From Candidatus Parcubacteria bacterium (GTDB lineage Bacteria > Patescibacteriota > Minisyncoccia > Phycocordibacterales > JAKAEA01), in contig CAWDXL010000002.1 in assembly GCA_963806325.1 (NCBI GenBank), forward strand, positions 128,802 through 192,801: a stretch of 64,000 bases of DNA. Reading direction: 5' to 3'. Of the stretch, positions 10,887-22,152 are shown piece by piece. Numbering within the stretch: position 1 is the stretch's first letter; the number at the start of each line of letters is the position of its first letter. The position numbers were made by a program, and so were the translations under genes. The notes under the pieces were generated by a model. The model did not search any database. It was given only the letters and a program-made list of their open reading frames with translations, and was not told the DNA's origin.

Positions 10887-12308
10887 TTGAAAGCAAAAAT
10901 TATCTATTCAATGTGTAGTGGTGCAGCCATTGGTATGTGTATCGGTGTTTTTGCTGCAATTTTTATGCCAAGCATATTGTATGCCGCTGCCACAAGTACG
11001 ATTGTAAACTTAAACAATCCAGGATTTGAAAATAGTGCTTTGCATGATCCAACAAAAGCATTGGGCTGGCAAAATTTTGGAGATGGTTATACCCGTTCCT
11101 CTGAAGCTGCTCATACGGGAAATTGGAGTATAAAGCTTATGAATTCTGGCGAAGCCGCAACGAGCGGTGCATATGAGCGTATCAATCTTCATCAGACTAC
11201 GCCCGAGCCCGTTTTTATTGGCGGTTTTATAAAGGGTTTGAATATTTCCTTGACACCAGGCAGCACATTTGGTGCTAGTTTGTATGTTGAAATTCATTAT
11301 ACGGATGGCACAATTGTCAGCAGAAATTCTCTTGCAAACCAGGGAACTTTTGACTGGCGATGGATTGGGCTCAATACAAGCTCGGCGATTGTCACAAAAA
11401 CGGCGTCAACAAGCTACAACAAGCCCATTGATTATATATTTATCGTGCCAGCGCTCATACATGCTTCCGGTACCGCATATTTCGATGATATATCAGTTCA
11501 AGAGTTTGTCCCGACTCAAAGTGCTCTAACGCTTATGTTTGATGATGGAAATACAAGCGACTATACAATTGCGAAGCCAATACTTGATCAGTATGGACTT
11601 CCAGGCACCTCCGCCATCATTACAAGCTATATAAATAAATTCCCATTTCTTAGCCTTGATCAGATAAAAGCATTAGCAAATGATGGATGGGAAATCGTTT
11701 CCCATACCGTGACACATCCAAACCTTGGCATGGTTACTTCCGACCAAGCGGAGACAGAATTTAGGGATTCGAAAGCAGCTTTGGAATCAGATGGTTTCGA
11801 TATAGATTCAATCGCATTTCCATTTGGAGCCTACTCAAGTGATGTCTTGGCGCAAAGTGAAAATTACTATATATCTGCCCGAAGCTTTGAAGACGGATAC
11901 AATCCCCAGGGTTCATTCCCATATGAAATTAGAATTCAAAAAATAGTAGCATCCACGACAGTTGCCGATGTCCAAAACTGGGTTGAACAAGCTCAGACAA
12001 ATAAGCAATGGCTTATCATTGTAACTCACCTCATCAGCGGGTCGGGAAGTAATGTGTACCATGTGTCGCCACAGATGTTTGAATCAATGATGGAGGCAGT
12101 CCACAACAGCGGCATCAAGGTGGTTACATATAACGAGGGTATCAAAGAATTTGCCGTCCCAAATCAAAACAATATTGAAAATGTTCCACTAGGCGATACT
12201 CAGGGGGCAGGAAGTTCGATTGATGTGCGGAATATAATTCTTGTTGCAAGCGGATGCGGCGCAGTGATCATCGGTGCCGTAATTATCTTTTACAAAAAAT
12301 ATTTTTAA
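10887..12308 (+). CDS. CBM-like plus polysaccharide deacetylase (CE4) with C-terminal TM anchor
   Basis: NPGFE..GW..YFDD CBM-like domain; MFDDG, HTVTH and AFPFG motifs. Confidence 0.85.
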   Translation: MKAKIIYSMCSGAAIGMCIGVFAAIFMPSILYAAATSTIVNLNNPGFENSALHDPTKALGWQNFGDGYTRSSEAAHTGNWSIKLMNSGEAATSGAYERINLHQTTPEPVFIGGFIKGLNISLTPGSTFGASLYVEIHYTDGTIVSRNSLANQGTFDWRWIGLNTSSAIVTKTASTSYNKPIDYIFIVPALIHASGTAYFDDISVQEFVPTQSALTLMFDDGNTSDYTIAKPILDQYGLPGTSAIITSYINKFPFLSLDQIKALANDGWEIVSHTVTHPNLGMVTSDQAETEFRDSKAALESDGFDIDSIAFPFGAYSSDVLAQSENYYISARSFEDGYNPQGSFPYEIRIQKIVASTTVADVQNWVEQAQTNKQWLIIVTHLISGSGSNVYHVSPQMFESMMEAVHNSGIKVVTYNEGIKEFAVPNQNNIENVPLGDTQGAGSSIDVRNIILVASGCGAVIIGAVIIFYKKYF

Positions 12309-12439
12309 TAGTTCTTAAAAGAAGGGGAGGGTTTGTATTCAACAACGAAGAATGAGGTGCCTACTTCTCTCTCCTAGGGATACGTCGCACAATATATCTT
12401 TTGCGACGTATCCCTATATTGGTGCGTATACCATATCAT

Positions 12440-13003
12440 TTATTTTATGCTCATATATTTTTCTTTCAACTCTTTTCGAAGAATCTTATAATTTGGCAGT
12501 GTGGTACCAACTAACCCCCAAAATTTTTTTGAGTGATTGAAGTGTTTGATATGACAGAGTTCATGCACCACCACATAATCGGCAAGTTCCTGAGGAATCT
12601 TAATCAGTCCGTAATTAAAACTGAGGTTGCCGGTCTTGGTGCAGCTTCCCCACCGTGATTTTTGATTTCTGACATGTACTGTGCCTATGCTGAAATTATA
12701 AAATTCGTTAAAATATTTTACTCGTTCTTCTAAAAACTTAAGGGCTGTGCGTTTATTCTGTAAAAAATCTTGATGGGACTGGTCAAGTATCGTTGTATCC
12801 TCAAGCCTTGTTTTCATTGCAGCTTGGTGGTGAAGGATCCACAATTCTTTGCTTTTAACAAACATATGAGCTATTAAGGATGGGGTGCGAGGCGGCAGCT
12901 TAACTACGACCCCGCCAAAACGATTAATAGTGATGCTCATTCTGCGTGTTCGCGCATTTCTTTTAAGGGAGTATTCCATGTTTGGTTCCCTTTTTAGTGC
13001 CAA
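12440..13003 (-). CDS. YgjP/DUF45-family metallopeptidase-like protein
   Basis: SRWGSC, YVVVHELCH and NHSKKFW motifs. Confidence 0.85.
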   Translation of the reverse strand: MALKREPNMEYSLKRNARTRRMSITINRFGGVVVKLPPRTPSLIAHMFVKSKELWILHHQAAMKTRLEDTTILDQSHQDFLQNKRTALKFLEERVKYFNEFYNFSIGTVHVRNQKSRWGSCTKTGNLSFNYGLIKIPQELADYVVVHELCHIKHFNHSKKFWGLVGTTLPNYKILRKELKEKYMSIK

Positions 13004-13881
13004 TTAATTTGAGAAGTTGTTACAATTTCTTTCCATGGGCCTGGGGGTACTTCTGAGGCAGCTACAAATTGCCAATCAACTTTGTTCTCGTCGTTATTAA
13101 GGCCGTTGAATCCCAAACAATCACGAAGCGCGGGAGAAACATCCATGCCCGCATTATTAGCTTCCTGGCTTGCTGGAGCTGCTGTGCCAAATACGTATTG
13201 ATAATCATTGTAAACGTACGGCCCTGAGTCTTCAATTTGTCCATAGCACACAGCTCCGTCTTTTATGATTTTAACCCATCTATTTTTCATCATTGATTCT
13301 GTTGGTGCCCATGTCTGGCTATTGGCCCAGGGCACGACTTGATATGCATTTGGTCTTCTGTTGCCATTGTCATCAAAATCATCATACGGCAAGTCTAAAT
13401 AAAATGGGTTCTGCTTCGGAGTAAACTGCGCAGGAAAATACCCATTACGGTTTATATAATCATCATAGCCTCCGTAATCTTTTTCCCAATCATCGTCCCA
13501 AGCACTGATAGAATTGTCTTCTGAGGAGCCGTTGCCCACGGGTTCTCCTACCCAAAAAACTGTCGCAGTTATATTTTTGTGGAGCGAATAGGCTGAAGAT
13601 TGTGTTTGATCTAGTGGTGGGGTCGTTGCAGGCGCTGTGCTATTACTGCTCTCTATATTCTCGGGTGTCGGGGATTGAGATGCTGTGGCGGACAATGAAG
13701 CGCTGTTAGTTTTTTGGTTTAAATTCGTCTGAGTGGCTGGCACCGCAGAATGCATGACTTCAGTAGTATCATGAGCAGTTGGGGATGGTGAAAAAAAGTG
13801 ATTGTGAATTGCCAGAATACTTCCCCCAATAAGAACAATAGCAAGCGTGCAGGAAAGAATAATGGAAATATTTTTTTTCAT
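12994..13881 (-). CDS. Secreted/membrane-anchored protein, possible double-psi beta-barrel (RlpA/expansin-like) fold
   Basis: N-terminal TM, S/T/P linker, IEDSGP and MDVSPA motifs. Confidence 0.55.
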   Translation of the reverse strand: MKKNISIILSCTLAIVLIGGSILAIHNHFFSPSPTAHDTTEVMHSAVPATQTNLNQKTNSASLSATASQSPTPENIESSNSTAPATTPPLDQTQSSAYSLHKNITATVFWVGEPVGNGSSEDNSISAWDDDWEKDYGGYDDYINRNGYFPAQFTPKQNPFYLDLPYDDFDDNGNRRPNAYQVVPWANSQTWAPTESMMKNRWVKIIKDGAVCYGQIEDSGPYVYNDYQYVFGTAAPASQEANNAGMDVSPALRDCLGFNGLNNDENKVDWQFVAASEVPPGPWKEIVTTSQINWH

Positions 13882-13951
13882 GATAGAGCACGGAGGGGTT
13901 GACCTGTGAGTCAACACACTGTAGATTAGTTAAATAATAAACCGAAATATT

Positions 13952-15235
13952 ATGCATGTCAAACAACACAAAATGGCTGTCATTGGTCTCGGATACGTGG
14001 GTTTGCCGCTCGCCGTACTCGGCCTTAAGAAAAAATTTGATGTTATTGGCATTGATACCAACGACGCTAAGCTCAAGAAAATACAACAAGGCAAAAGCCC
14101 CTTTGCTGACGGCGAAATAGATATTGATTTGAAGAGGTATCCCCTTCCCGTGACGTCCGATGCTGCTGCGATAAAAAATGTAGACACTGTCATAATATGT
14201 GTGCCGACGCCTGTGTATGAAGACTATCTGCCGGACCTTCGTCCTGTGGAAAGCGTGGCTCACTCTATCGGTAAACACTTGAAAAAAGGTCACCTCGTAG
14301 TACTGGAATCGACGGTTAACCCCGGCATTTCTGAAGATATCCTTTTGCCAATTCTTGAAAAGGAAAGCGGACTTATAGGCGGTAAAGATTTTTATCTTGC
14401 GCATTGTCCAGAACGGATCAATCCTGGCGATAAGCGCTGGAATGTGAGCAATATACCTCGTGTGGTCGGTAGTCTTGAAAAAAAAGGTTTGGAACGGGCG
14501 GTTGCATTCTATAAGTCTCTCATTGATGCCGAAATAAAACCTATGGGTTCTATCAAAGAAGCTGAAGCAGTAAAAATTACTGAGAACTCGTTTCGCGATA
14601 TTAATATTGCGTTTGTAAACGAGCTCGCTATGTCATTTTCAAAGCTTGGCATTGATGTTGTGAATGTTATCGAAGGAGCCGCTACCAAGCCATTTTCGTT
14701 CATGCCCCACTACCCCGGCTGCGGCGTGGGTGGCCACTGCATTCCTGTTGATCCGTACTACCTTATTGAGTATGCAAAAAAGAATGGCTTCAACCACAAA
14801 TTTTTAAAAGCTGCCCGCACAATCAACAACAACATGCCAGAGTTTACTATTGCTCAGCTCAATATTCTCCTGAAAGAGAAGGATATAAGTTTGAAGAATT
14901 CTACAGTTGCTGTACTCGGCATCTCCTATAAAGCAGGAGTGGGCGATGATCGTGAAAGTCCAAGCCATGAAATTGTTCGAAAGCTTAAGAAGCTTGGAGT
15001 GCGTGTAGTAACGTATGACCCATATATTCTTCATGCGTCCACCGCAAAAACAATGCGTGAAGCGCTCACTGGAGCTGATGCAGTCATTATTGCTACCGCC
15101 CATGGAATTTTTAAAAAGTTAACGCCGCAAAAGCTTGAATCATTTGGCGTGAAGGTTGTTATTGATGGAATGAATTGTCTCGAAAAAGATAAGTTTATCA
15201 AGCACAGATTTGCCTATAGAGGCATCGGGAGGTAG
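13952..15235 (+). CDS. Nucleotide-sugar dehydrogenase (UDP-GlcNAc/ManNAc/Glc dehydrogenase family)
   Basis: GLGYVG, CVPTP, ESTVNPG, PERINPG and GGHCIPVDP motifs. Confidence 0.92.
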   Translation: MHVKQHKMAVIGLGYVGLPLAVLGLKKKFDVIGIDTNDAKLKKIQQGKSPFADGEIDIDLKRYPLPVTSDAAAIKNVDTVIICVPTPVYEDYLPDLRPVESVAHSIGKHLKKGHLVVLESTVNPGISEDILLPILEKESGLIGGKDFYLAHCPERINPGDKRWNVSNIPRVVGSLEKKGLERAVAFYKSLIDAEIKPMGSIKEAEAVKITENSFRDINIAFVNELAMSFSKLGIDVVNVIEGAATKPFSFMPHYPGCGVGGHCIPVDPYYLIEYAKKNGFNHKFLKAARTINNNMPEFTIAQLNILLKEKDISLKNSTVAVLGISYKAGVGDDRESPSHEIVRKLKKLGVRVVTYDPYILHASTAKTMREALTGADAVIIATAHGIFKKLTPQKLESFGVKVVIDGMNCLEKDKFIKHRFAYRGIGR

Positions 15236-15255
15236 TTAAGCAAAAACATCATCAC

Positions 15256-16212
15256 ATGAAAATTCTTATCACGGGTGCCGCCGGTTTTCTCGGCTCAAAT
15301 GTATGCGAAAAGCTTCTTGCTGAAGGAAATGAGGTGGTTGCCGTGGATAATTTATCTACAGGTGATGTCGGCAATATCAGTGAATTTAAGAAAAATAGAA
15401 GTTTTAAATTTTATGAAATGGGTGTTGAAACTCCTGAGTTCATGAAGCTCTTTTTTAATGGTTCTGCGTATTCTTTTGAACGGGTATACAATCTTGCTTG
15501 TCCGACCGGCGTGCCAAATATAGAAAAAATGGGCGAAGAAATGATGGATACATGTTCAATAGGTACAAAAAATGTACTGAGGGTTGCATTAAAAAATAAA
15601 GCAAAGTTTCTTCTTACCAGCAGCTCTGAGGTATATGGCGATCCTGAAAAATTTCCTCAAGATGAATTATATACAGGAAATGTTGATCCGCGCGGACCGC
15701 GGGCAAATTATGAAGAGGGCAAACGTTTTGCAGAGACACTCACTGTGCTTTTTTCATCCAAATATAATCTTGAAGCAAAAATAGTCAGGCTTTTTAACGT
15801 ATATGGTCCATACATGAGTATGAAAGATCAGCGCGTTATTCCTCGTTTTGTCCAACAGGCCTTGAGAGGAGAATCACTTACGGTTCAAGATAATAATGCA
15901 TTGCGTACTATGTGCTACGTGAGCGATATTGTTAACGGCCTCATGCTTGTTATGGAAAAAGGAGAAAAAGGCGGAGTATATAATCTTGGAAGTGATCTTG
16001 AGCTCACCATGAAAGAGCTGGCCGAGAAAGTTATTATGCTTACAAATTCAAAAAGTTCTATCATGATGACCCCGGGCTACGCACATGATCATAAGCGCCG
16101 CATGCCGGATCTCACAAGGATTAAAAATCTTGGCTGGAACTACACAGTATCTCTTAATGAAGGCATCCGATATACAGTCAAAAGTTTTCAGGAGCGGATG
16201 GAAAATCGCTAA
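15256..16212 (+). CDS. NAD-dependent epimerase/dehydratase, UDP-glucuronate decarboxylase-like
   Basis: GAAGFLG, NLACP, SSEVYGDP, YEEGK and RLFNVYGP motifs. Confidence 0.85.
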   Translation: MKILITGAAGFLGSNVCEKLLAEGNEVVAVDNLSTGDVGNISEFKKNRSFKFYEMGVETPEFMKLFFNGSAYSFERVYNLACPTGVPNIEKMGEEMMDTCSIGTKNVLRVALKNKAKFLLTSSSEVYGDPEKFPQDELYTGNVDPRGPRANYEEGKRFAETLTVLFSSKYNLEAKIVRLFNVYGPYMSMKDQRVIPRFVQQALRGESLTVQDNNALRTMCYVSDIVNGLMLVMEKGEKGGVYNLGSDLELTMKELAEKVIMLTNSKSSIMMTPGYAHDHKRRMPDLTRIKNLGWNYTVSLNEGIRYTVKSFQERMENR

Positions 16213-16227
16213 ACATAAAAAATAAAT

Positions 16228-17463
16228 ATGCCCCTTGTTTTTGCTGTTATCATTGTATTTATTGGATTGTGGGGAATGAATTTCACCTTCTGGGGGGCGA
16301 TTGGTCTCTGCCGATATATTTCGTTGCGTATCTATTCTCCTCAGGTTTTTGCTGCCAATATTTCTGGTGCGGATGGTTTACTTACTAAAAGTGACGTGGC
16401 AATTATTATTCCCGCTCACCAAGAAGAGTTGGTGATAGAAAATACTCTTAAGGGTGCCTTACGACTTCTTCCCCCTAATCAAATTTTCATTATTACTTCG
16501 GATTTCTCAAAAAAAGACAGGACTGCCGACATTGCACGTTCATTCGGTGTAAACGTTGTTGAGCTTCCTCCTCCGCTGGCAAAAGCGCGCAAACTGCAGT
16601 CGGCTGTAAATCAGATACAGATGTCGGGTGTATTTAAAGCTGTTCTTTTCGTGGATGCCGATACTATTCTTGCAGATGATTATTTAGATAAGGCTCTTCC
16701 CTATTTTAATGATCCGGAAGTTGTGGCGGTTGCCGGCCATGCCACCACATTGTGGGAACCGAACAAAAATAGCTGGTTTAACAGATTTATACTTTCCTAC
16801 CGCGAACGTATTTATTTTTTTGGCCAGCTTTTTATAAAATTTGGCCAATCCTGGAAGTATATAAATGTATGCCAAATCGTGCCGGGTTTTGCCAGCATCT
16901 ACCGGAGTTCAATTTTGTCAAAAATAAATATTGATCCCGGAGGACTTGTTATCGAGGATTTTAACATGACGTTTGAAGTTCACCATGGCCACCTTGGTAA
17001 AATTATTTATTCGCCGGAAATTAAGGCTTATACCCAAGATCCCGACAATTTGAAGGACTATTTTAAACAGATAAAACGGTGGAACCTTGGTTTCTGGCAA
17101 ACGGTATTTCGGCATGGATACTGGACTAGTTTTTTCTGGTCGGCATTATTTTTCTCCATATTTGAGGTGTGTCTCAGTTCTATTATTTTACTGCTACTCC
17201 CCTTCTATATTTTTCTCATTTTCTTAAGCTACGGTGTTGGCGATATCCCCTATCAATACATTCTTCTTTTGAAGGGTCTTTTTATTGCTGATTATGCACT
17301 AAGTGTTGTAATAGGTGTTATCAAGAATCGACCGGCCTATTTTATATACGGTCTTGGTTTTTTATTTATGCGTTTTATTGATGCGATAGCCTACATGTAT
17401 AGTATTCCCAAAGCAATTTTTACCACGTCAACCGGCGCATGGGCGAGCCCGACTCGGCGATAA
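16228..17463 (+). CDS. GT2 processive glycosyltransferase
   Basis: DADT, IED and QIKRW motifs, N- and C-terminal TMs. Confidence 0.88.
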   Translation: MPLVFAVIIVFIGLWGMNFTFWGAIGLCRYISLRIYSPQVFAANISGADGLLTKSDVAIIIPAHQEELVIENTLKGALRLLPPNQIFIITSDFSKKDRTADIARSFGVNVVELPPPLAKARKLQSAVNQIQMSGVFKAVLFVDADTILADDYLDKALPYFNDPEVVAVAGHATTLWEPNKNSWFNRFILSYRERIYFFGQLFIKFGQSWKYINVCQIVPGFASIYRSSILSKINIDPGGLVIEDFNMTFEVHHGHLGKIIYSPEIKAYTQDPDNLKDYFKQIKRWNLGFWQTVFRHGYWTSFFWSALFFSIFEVCLSSIILLLLPFYIFLIFLSYGVGDIPYQYILLLKGLFIADYALSVVIGVIKNRPAYFIYGLGFLFMRFIDAIAYMYSIPKAIFTTSTGAWASPTRR

Positions 17464-17575
17464 TAGAGGCTTGAAAAAGTATTGCTTAAATTAAATTTAT
17501 ATTGTAAAGTTTGCACGTCACGAAATAATAGTTGAGAGATTCCGTTATTACTGCTGTTAATTAATTTAGCACCAC

Positions 17576-19811
17576 ATGAAACAAAATTTTGCAACACGCG
17601 CCACTATTTTCAGTTTATGTATTTTTGCTTTTGCTATGTATGCGATATTGAATGCAGCAACTGCTCAAGCTCTCACTTCAACTGAACTTACAACCAATGG
17701 CACTTTTGAACAGGCTGGCGCTACGGCTACCACCGCTCTTGGGTGGCAGCCTTTTAATAATGGCTATACTCGCACATCAGCAGGCGCCCATTCTGGAAGC
17801 TGGGGTATTTCGCTTACCAATACAAATACCTCGACCCTTTCGGGCGCCTATGAGCGAATTGATCTCAATCAGACAAAAGTTGAACCGGTATTTATCGGCG
17901 GCTACGTAAAAGGTTCAAATATTTCGATGGCTTCGGGAAGCTATTATGGCGCCAGTATATATGCAGAAATTCATTTTACTGATGGGACTGTTGCATATTG
18001 GAACTCTATTCCAAATGAAGGAACATTTAATTGGCGTTGGGTCGGCTTCAATACAGGTTCCGGTTTTACTGTCACCAATGAAACCATTCCGGTAACCAAA
18101 CCAATCGCCTATATATTTGTTGTGCCTATGCTCGGTGATGCCTCAGGTACTGCTTACTTTGATGTATATTACAGTTCAGCAGTTTTCAGCTACTCAGCCT
18201 GCTCTTACTCTCATGTTTGATGATGGCAATACAACAGATGCCACAATTGCTATGCCAACCATGAATCAGTATCACTTTGTAGGCACGAGTGCTATTGTTA
18301 CTAGTGATATTGGTTTGGCTTCTGGTGGAATTGCTGAGGATGGTGATATGACTCTCGCTCAAATCAAGAGTCTTGCTGCTGATGGCTGGGAAATTGCGTC
18401 ACATACTGTTGATCATCCTGATCTCACCACACTCACGGCTGCCCAGGTAAATACAGAGCTTCAATCTTCAAAAGCGACCCTTGTTGCTGATGGATTTACG
18501 GTAAATAATATTGCATATCCATATGGTGCCTATAATGCTGCTATTAATGCAAATGCTGCAGAATATTACACTTCGGCACGCACATTTGAAGAAGGATATA
18601 ATCCAACAGGAGCATATCCATACGAGATTAAGGTTCAAAAAGTCATTGCCACTACTACTGTCGCCGATGTTCAAGGTTGGATAGCAGAAGCTAAAGCTGA
18701 AAATGCATGGCTTGTCATTGTTACCCACCTAATCAACGCTACAGGTACTGACGATTATCATATTGATCCAACGACATTTAAATCTATTATTGGGGCCGTA
18801 GCTCAAAGTGGTATTCGGGTCATTACATACAATCAAGGTGTAACCCAATACGCTGTTTCTCCAGGACAAGGTGTGGTTGTGGCACCTCCTCCAGTTACCA
18901 CCACTCCGCTTGCTGGTTCATGTTCTGCTGCACCAGCCACCACGACGACTGGCACGCCGATTGTATGGACAGCTACAGCTACAGGAGGCACCGGTACGTA
19001 CACATATTCATGGACCGGCAGCAACAGTTTGACCGGAACAACCTCAAGTGTATCTAAGACATATACTTCCGCCGGCGCAGAGACTGCTCAAGTTGCTATT
19101 ACTTCAGGCACCTCAACGATTACATCAACCTGCACTGCCACAGTCACAGCGTCTTCAACACCTAAAACTAAGCCTGTAACAACCCTTACAGCAAATCCAG
19201 CTTCGGTAGCTCCGGGAGGAACTTCAACACTTACCTGGACAGTTAATAATGGTGGAGACACAACAACAACCTGTACGGCAAGCGGTGGATGGAGCGGATC
19301 ACTTTCAGTATCCGGCGGTTCAAAATCAACTGGTGCTCTCGCTACAACAACTTCATATACAATTACGTGTACAAATTCAGCCGGCTCAACAACAAGTACT
19401 GTTGCAGTCACCGTGACTTCTTCTACAGATGCCAACTGCCCGACAGGAACAATGACGCTCGCACAGGCAAAAGCTGCATTATCAAGCAACACAGTCAAGG
19501 TGTCATTTGCAGCCAAGGGTTCTCAGGTGACGGGAACGATTATCAATAACTCAGGCTGCGGATTCCCAGCCAGTCAGATGTCATACTCTGCATATAATCA
19601 GACGCTGGCCGATGACGTACTCTACAACAGTACCTCAGTCTCTACTGTTGGCCCTCACACAACAAAGACCTTCACAACCTCTATTCCTACGTGCATGTCT
19701 CAGACGTACATCTTTTACGGCCAAGGCCCAGCGCAGCTTACTGCTTCAGGTCTTAGTTCATCACTGACGTCTTTTACTAATGCTTCAGGAAATTATTGTA
19801 AAAAATCCTAA
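17576..19811 (+). CDS. Secreted CBM-like plus CE4 deacetylase plus Thr-rich Ig/PKD-like domains (frameshift near 18165)
   Basis: Two overlapping ORFs form a paralog of 10887-12308; MFDDG, HTVDH and AYPYG motifs. Confidence 0.8.
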
Positions 19812-19830
19812 CTAATTGATTTAGACAACA

Positions 19831-20989
19831 TCAGGTTTTTTGATAATATTTCTTATCCTTCAACTTGTCGGGCAATAGATTTTCTGTTGTATAACGCTCA
19901 TATCCTTTGCTATAGCCCAATATTTTCATCATCTGTGTAGGTGCATTACGGATAATCAGCGGGATTGGGAGATTCCCATGTGTTTTTACATCATCCAGAG
20001 CCTCAAAATAGGCCTCATATGCGTGTTTGCTCTTAATTGCAGTACTTAGGTACACCGTACCGTGCGCGAGGTTTATTTGAGCTTCTGGTATACCAATTGA
20101 ATCTACTGCTTGGAACACGGCATTTGCAAGAACAAGCGCCTGAGGATCGGCCATACCTATATCTTCTGAGGCAAAGATAACCATTCTTCGCGCAATAAAT
20201 TTTGGATCTTCACCAGAATCAATCATTCTACTCAAATAATAAAGTGCTGCATCAGGTTGTGAGGCCCGCATGCTCTTAATGAATGCGCTTATTGTATTAT
20301 AATGCTCCTCCCCTTTCTTATCGAACCGTAAAAATTTGTTTTGAAGAGTATTCTTGAAATTTTCGAGACTAATTTCACCATAGAGACGTGCAGTATTCTC
20401 AATCATGGTGATTGCCTGCCGGGCATCGCCGTTTGACATGTTAATAAGCCATTCTCGCGCGTCAGCAGGAATTTTCTTTTTATCTTTTTTAATTTCACTC
20501 CACGCATGATCAATTATAGTGCCTATCTCTTCATTTTTTAGTTCATTAAGGACAAACACCCTGCAGCGAGATAAAAGCGCGGATATTATTTCAAAACTTG
20601 GATTTTCTGTGGTGGCGCCGATAAGTGTAAGTTCTCCTGATTCTACATAGGGAAGTAAAAAATCCTGCTGGGCTTTGTTGAATCTATGTATTTCATCTAA
20701 AAATAAAACCTTTGGTCTGTACGTGAGCAGATTTTTTGTTTCCGCAATTTGTCGAATCTCGTCTTTGCCGGCAGAAACAGCAGATAACTCGTGGAATTCC
20801 GCATCAATATTTTTTGCATAAATACGAGCAATGGTCGTCTTTCCTACCCCAGGCGGACCCCACAGAATAAATGAGAACAGGTGTTTTTTTTCGATAGCTA
20901 CTCGTAGGGGTTTTCCAAGGCCAACTAGGTGCTCTTGTCCCACGACATCAGCCAATATTTTCGGTCTAATTTTTGATGCAAGCGGTTCC
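19831..20989 (-). CDS. rarA: Replication-associated recombination protein A (AAA+)
   Basis: PLASKIRP, GPPGVGKT, DEIHRF, SAFIKS and SEDIG motifs. Confidence 0.95.
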
Positions 20990-21004
20990 ATGTGGTTCGT
21001 CACA

Positions 21005-21205
21005 TTAAAACATAAACGCAGCTACAACCCGCATCGATCGTGCCAGGAAACTTTTGCGCTTAATGAGTGAAAGCTGTGCGCGCAAGAGCTTGTGTTGGCG
21101 TGCTTCGCGGCTGTAGGCCAGACCCCTCACTATTTTTTCGTCGATGGAACGATTGAGCCTCTTTATCTCTGATTTTAAATTGTGAATAACTTCTGATTTA
21201 CTCAT
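21005..21205 (-). CDS. Small hypothetical protein between lexA and rarA
   Basis: 66-aa basic ORF co-oriented in an apparent operon. Confidence 0.65.
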   Translation of the reverse strand: MSKSEVIHNLKSEIKRLNRSIDEKIVRGLAYSREARQHKLLRAQLSLIKRKSFLARSMRVVAAFMF

Positions 21206-21242
21206 GGCATTTTATATTAGTCTAGTAACATCGTTTATTTAT

Positions 21243-21815
21243 TTAGTATTTTCGTATGACTGCTTTTACGACCGCCATAATTTGTAATTCAGCATTCTCG
21301 TCAGGAATAATATCTCTGAAGCGTTCATTGGCAGCTTCGAGCCATACTCGGCCATTACGTTTGCGCAGGAATTTTACGGTATAACCGCCGTCGATAAAAG
21401 CTACAATAATATTTCCGTCTTCTGCATCACTGCGTCGCTCGACAATAAGCATGTCTCCTGGCTGTATACCGGCATCAAGCATCGATTCACCACTTACCCG
21501 GAGCATGAATGTTGTCTCTCTGTTATTGATAAGATAATTGTCGAGACTCATTGTCTCGGCTAAATCTTCTTCAGCAGGAGTTGGAAAACCTGCCTCTACC
21601 GAACCTAATATTTTTACTCCACCCAATAATTTTTGATCCGGAATAAGTCTGCCTGAACTGTCTTTAGTGATAAGGTTTTCTTGAATGAGTTTATTAACGA
21701 GTTTGAAAATGGCATTTTTTGATTTGAGATTGAATAATTCCATCATCTCACTGTATGTGGGCATAACCCTATGCTCCTCATAAAACTCTCTGATTTTTTG
21801 TTTATACCGTTCCAT
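21243..21815 (-). CDS. lexA: LexA repressor
   Basis: N-terminal wHTH, AG cleavage site (VEAGFP), catalytic Ser (GESM) and Lys (TVK). Confidence 0.9.
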   Translation of the reverse strand: MERYKQKIREFYEEHRVMPTYSEMMELFNLKSKNAIFKLVNKLIQENLITKDSSGRLIPDQKLLGGVKILGSVEAGFPTPAEEDLAETMSLDNYLINNRETTFMLRVSGESMLDAGIQPGDMLIVERRSDAEDGNIIVAFIDGGYTVKFLRKRNGRVWLEAANERFRDIIPDENAELQIMAVVKAVIRKY

Positions 21816-21821
21816 AAATGT

Positions 21822-21851
21822 AGTATAAGTGAACGAGCGTTCACCCGTCAA
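21822..21851 (-). promoter_or_regulatory. lexA promoter with SOS box GTGAACGAGCGTTCAC (GAAC-N4-GTTC) between -35 and -10
   Basis: Palindrome 21829-21844 with perfect 7-bp arms; TTGACG at 21851-21846, TATACT at 21827-21822. Confidence 0.8.
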
Positions 21852-21912
21852 TGTGGATAACGTACCACGACACAAAAAATTACAAAAAACTAGTCGCTTT
21901 TAATATTTTAAT

Positions 21913-22152
21913 CTAGATGCTGGTATGAAAATAAGTTTGCAGAAACCAAGCGAGAGCATTGTACAGTGTATTGTATGTGGAGACCACGATTTGCCATGCA
22001 TATGATAGATTGTCCTGAACGATAGGACCATTAATTACGCTCTGGATATTAATTTTAAAGTATCCCAAAAGTATCAGGGCGATTATTATAAGGATGATTG
22101 CGGTAATAAAACCCCTCCCCTTCTTTTGATTATAAGTCTGTAGTGTAGTCAT
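21913..22152 (-). CDS. Small membrane protein with prepilin-like N-terminus
   Basis: KKGRG|FITAIILII hydrophobic segment. Confidence 0.6.
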   Translation of the reverse strand: MTTLQTYNQKKGRGFITAIILIIIALILLGYFKINIQSVINGPIVQDNLSYAWQIVVSTYNTLYNALAWFLQTYFHTSI

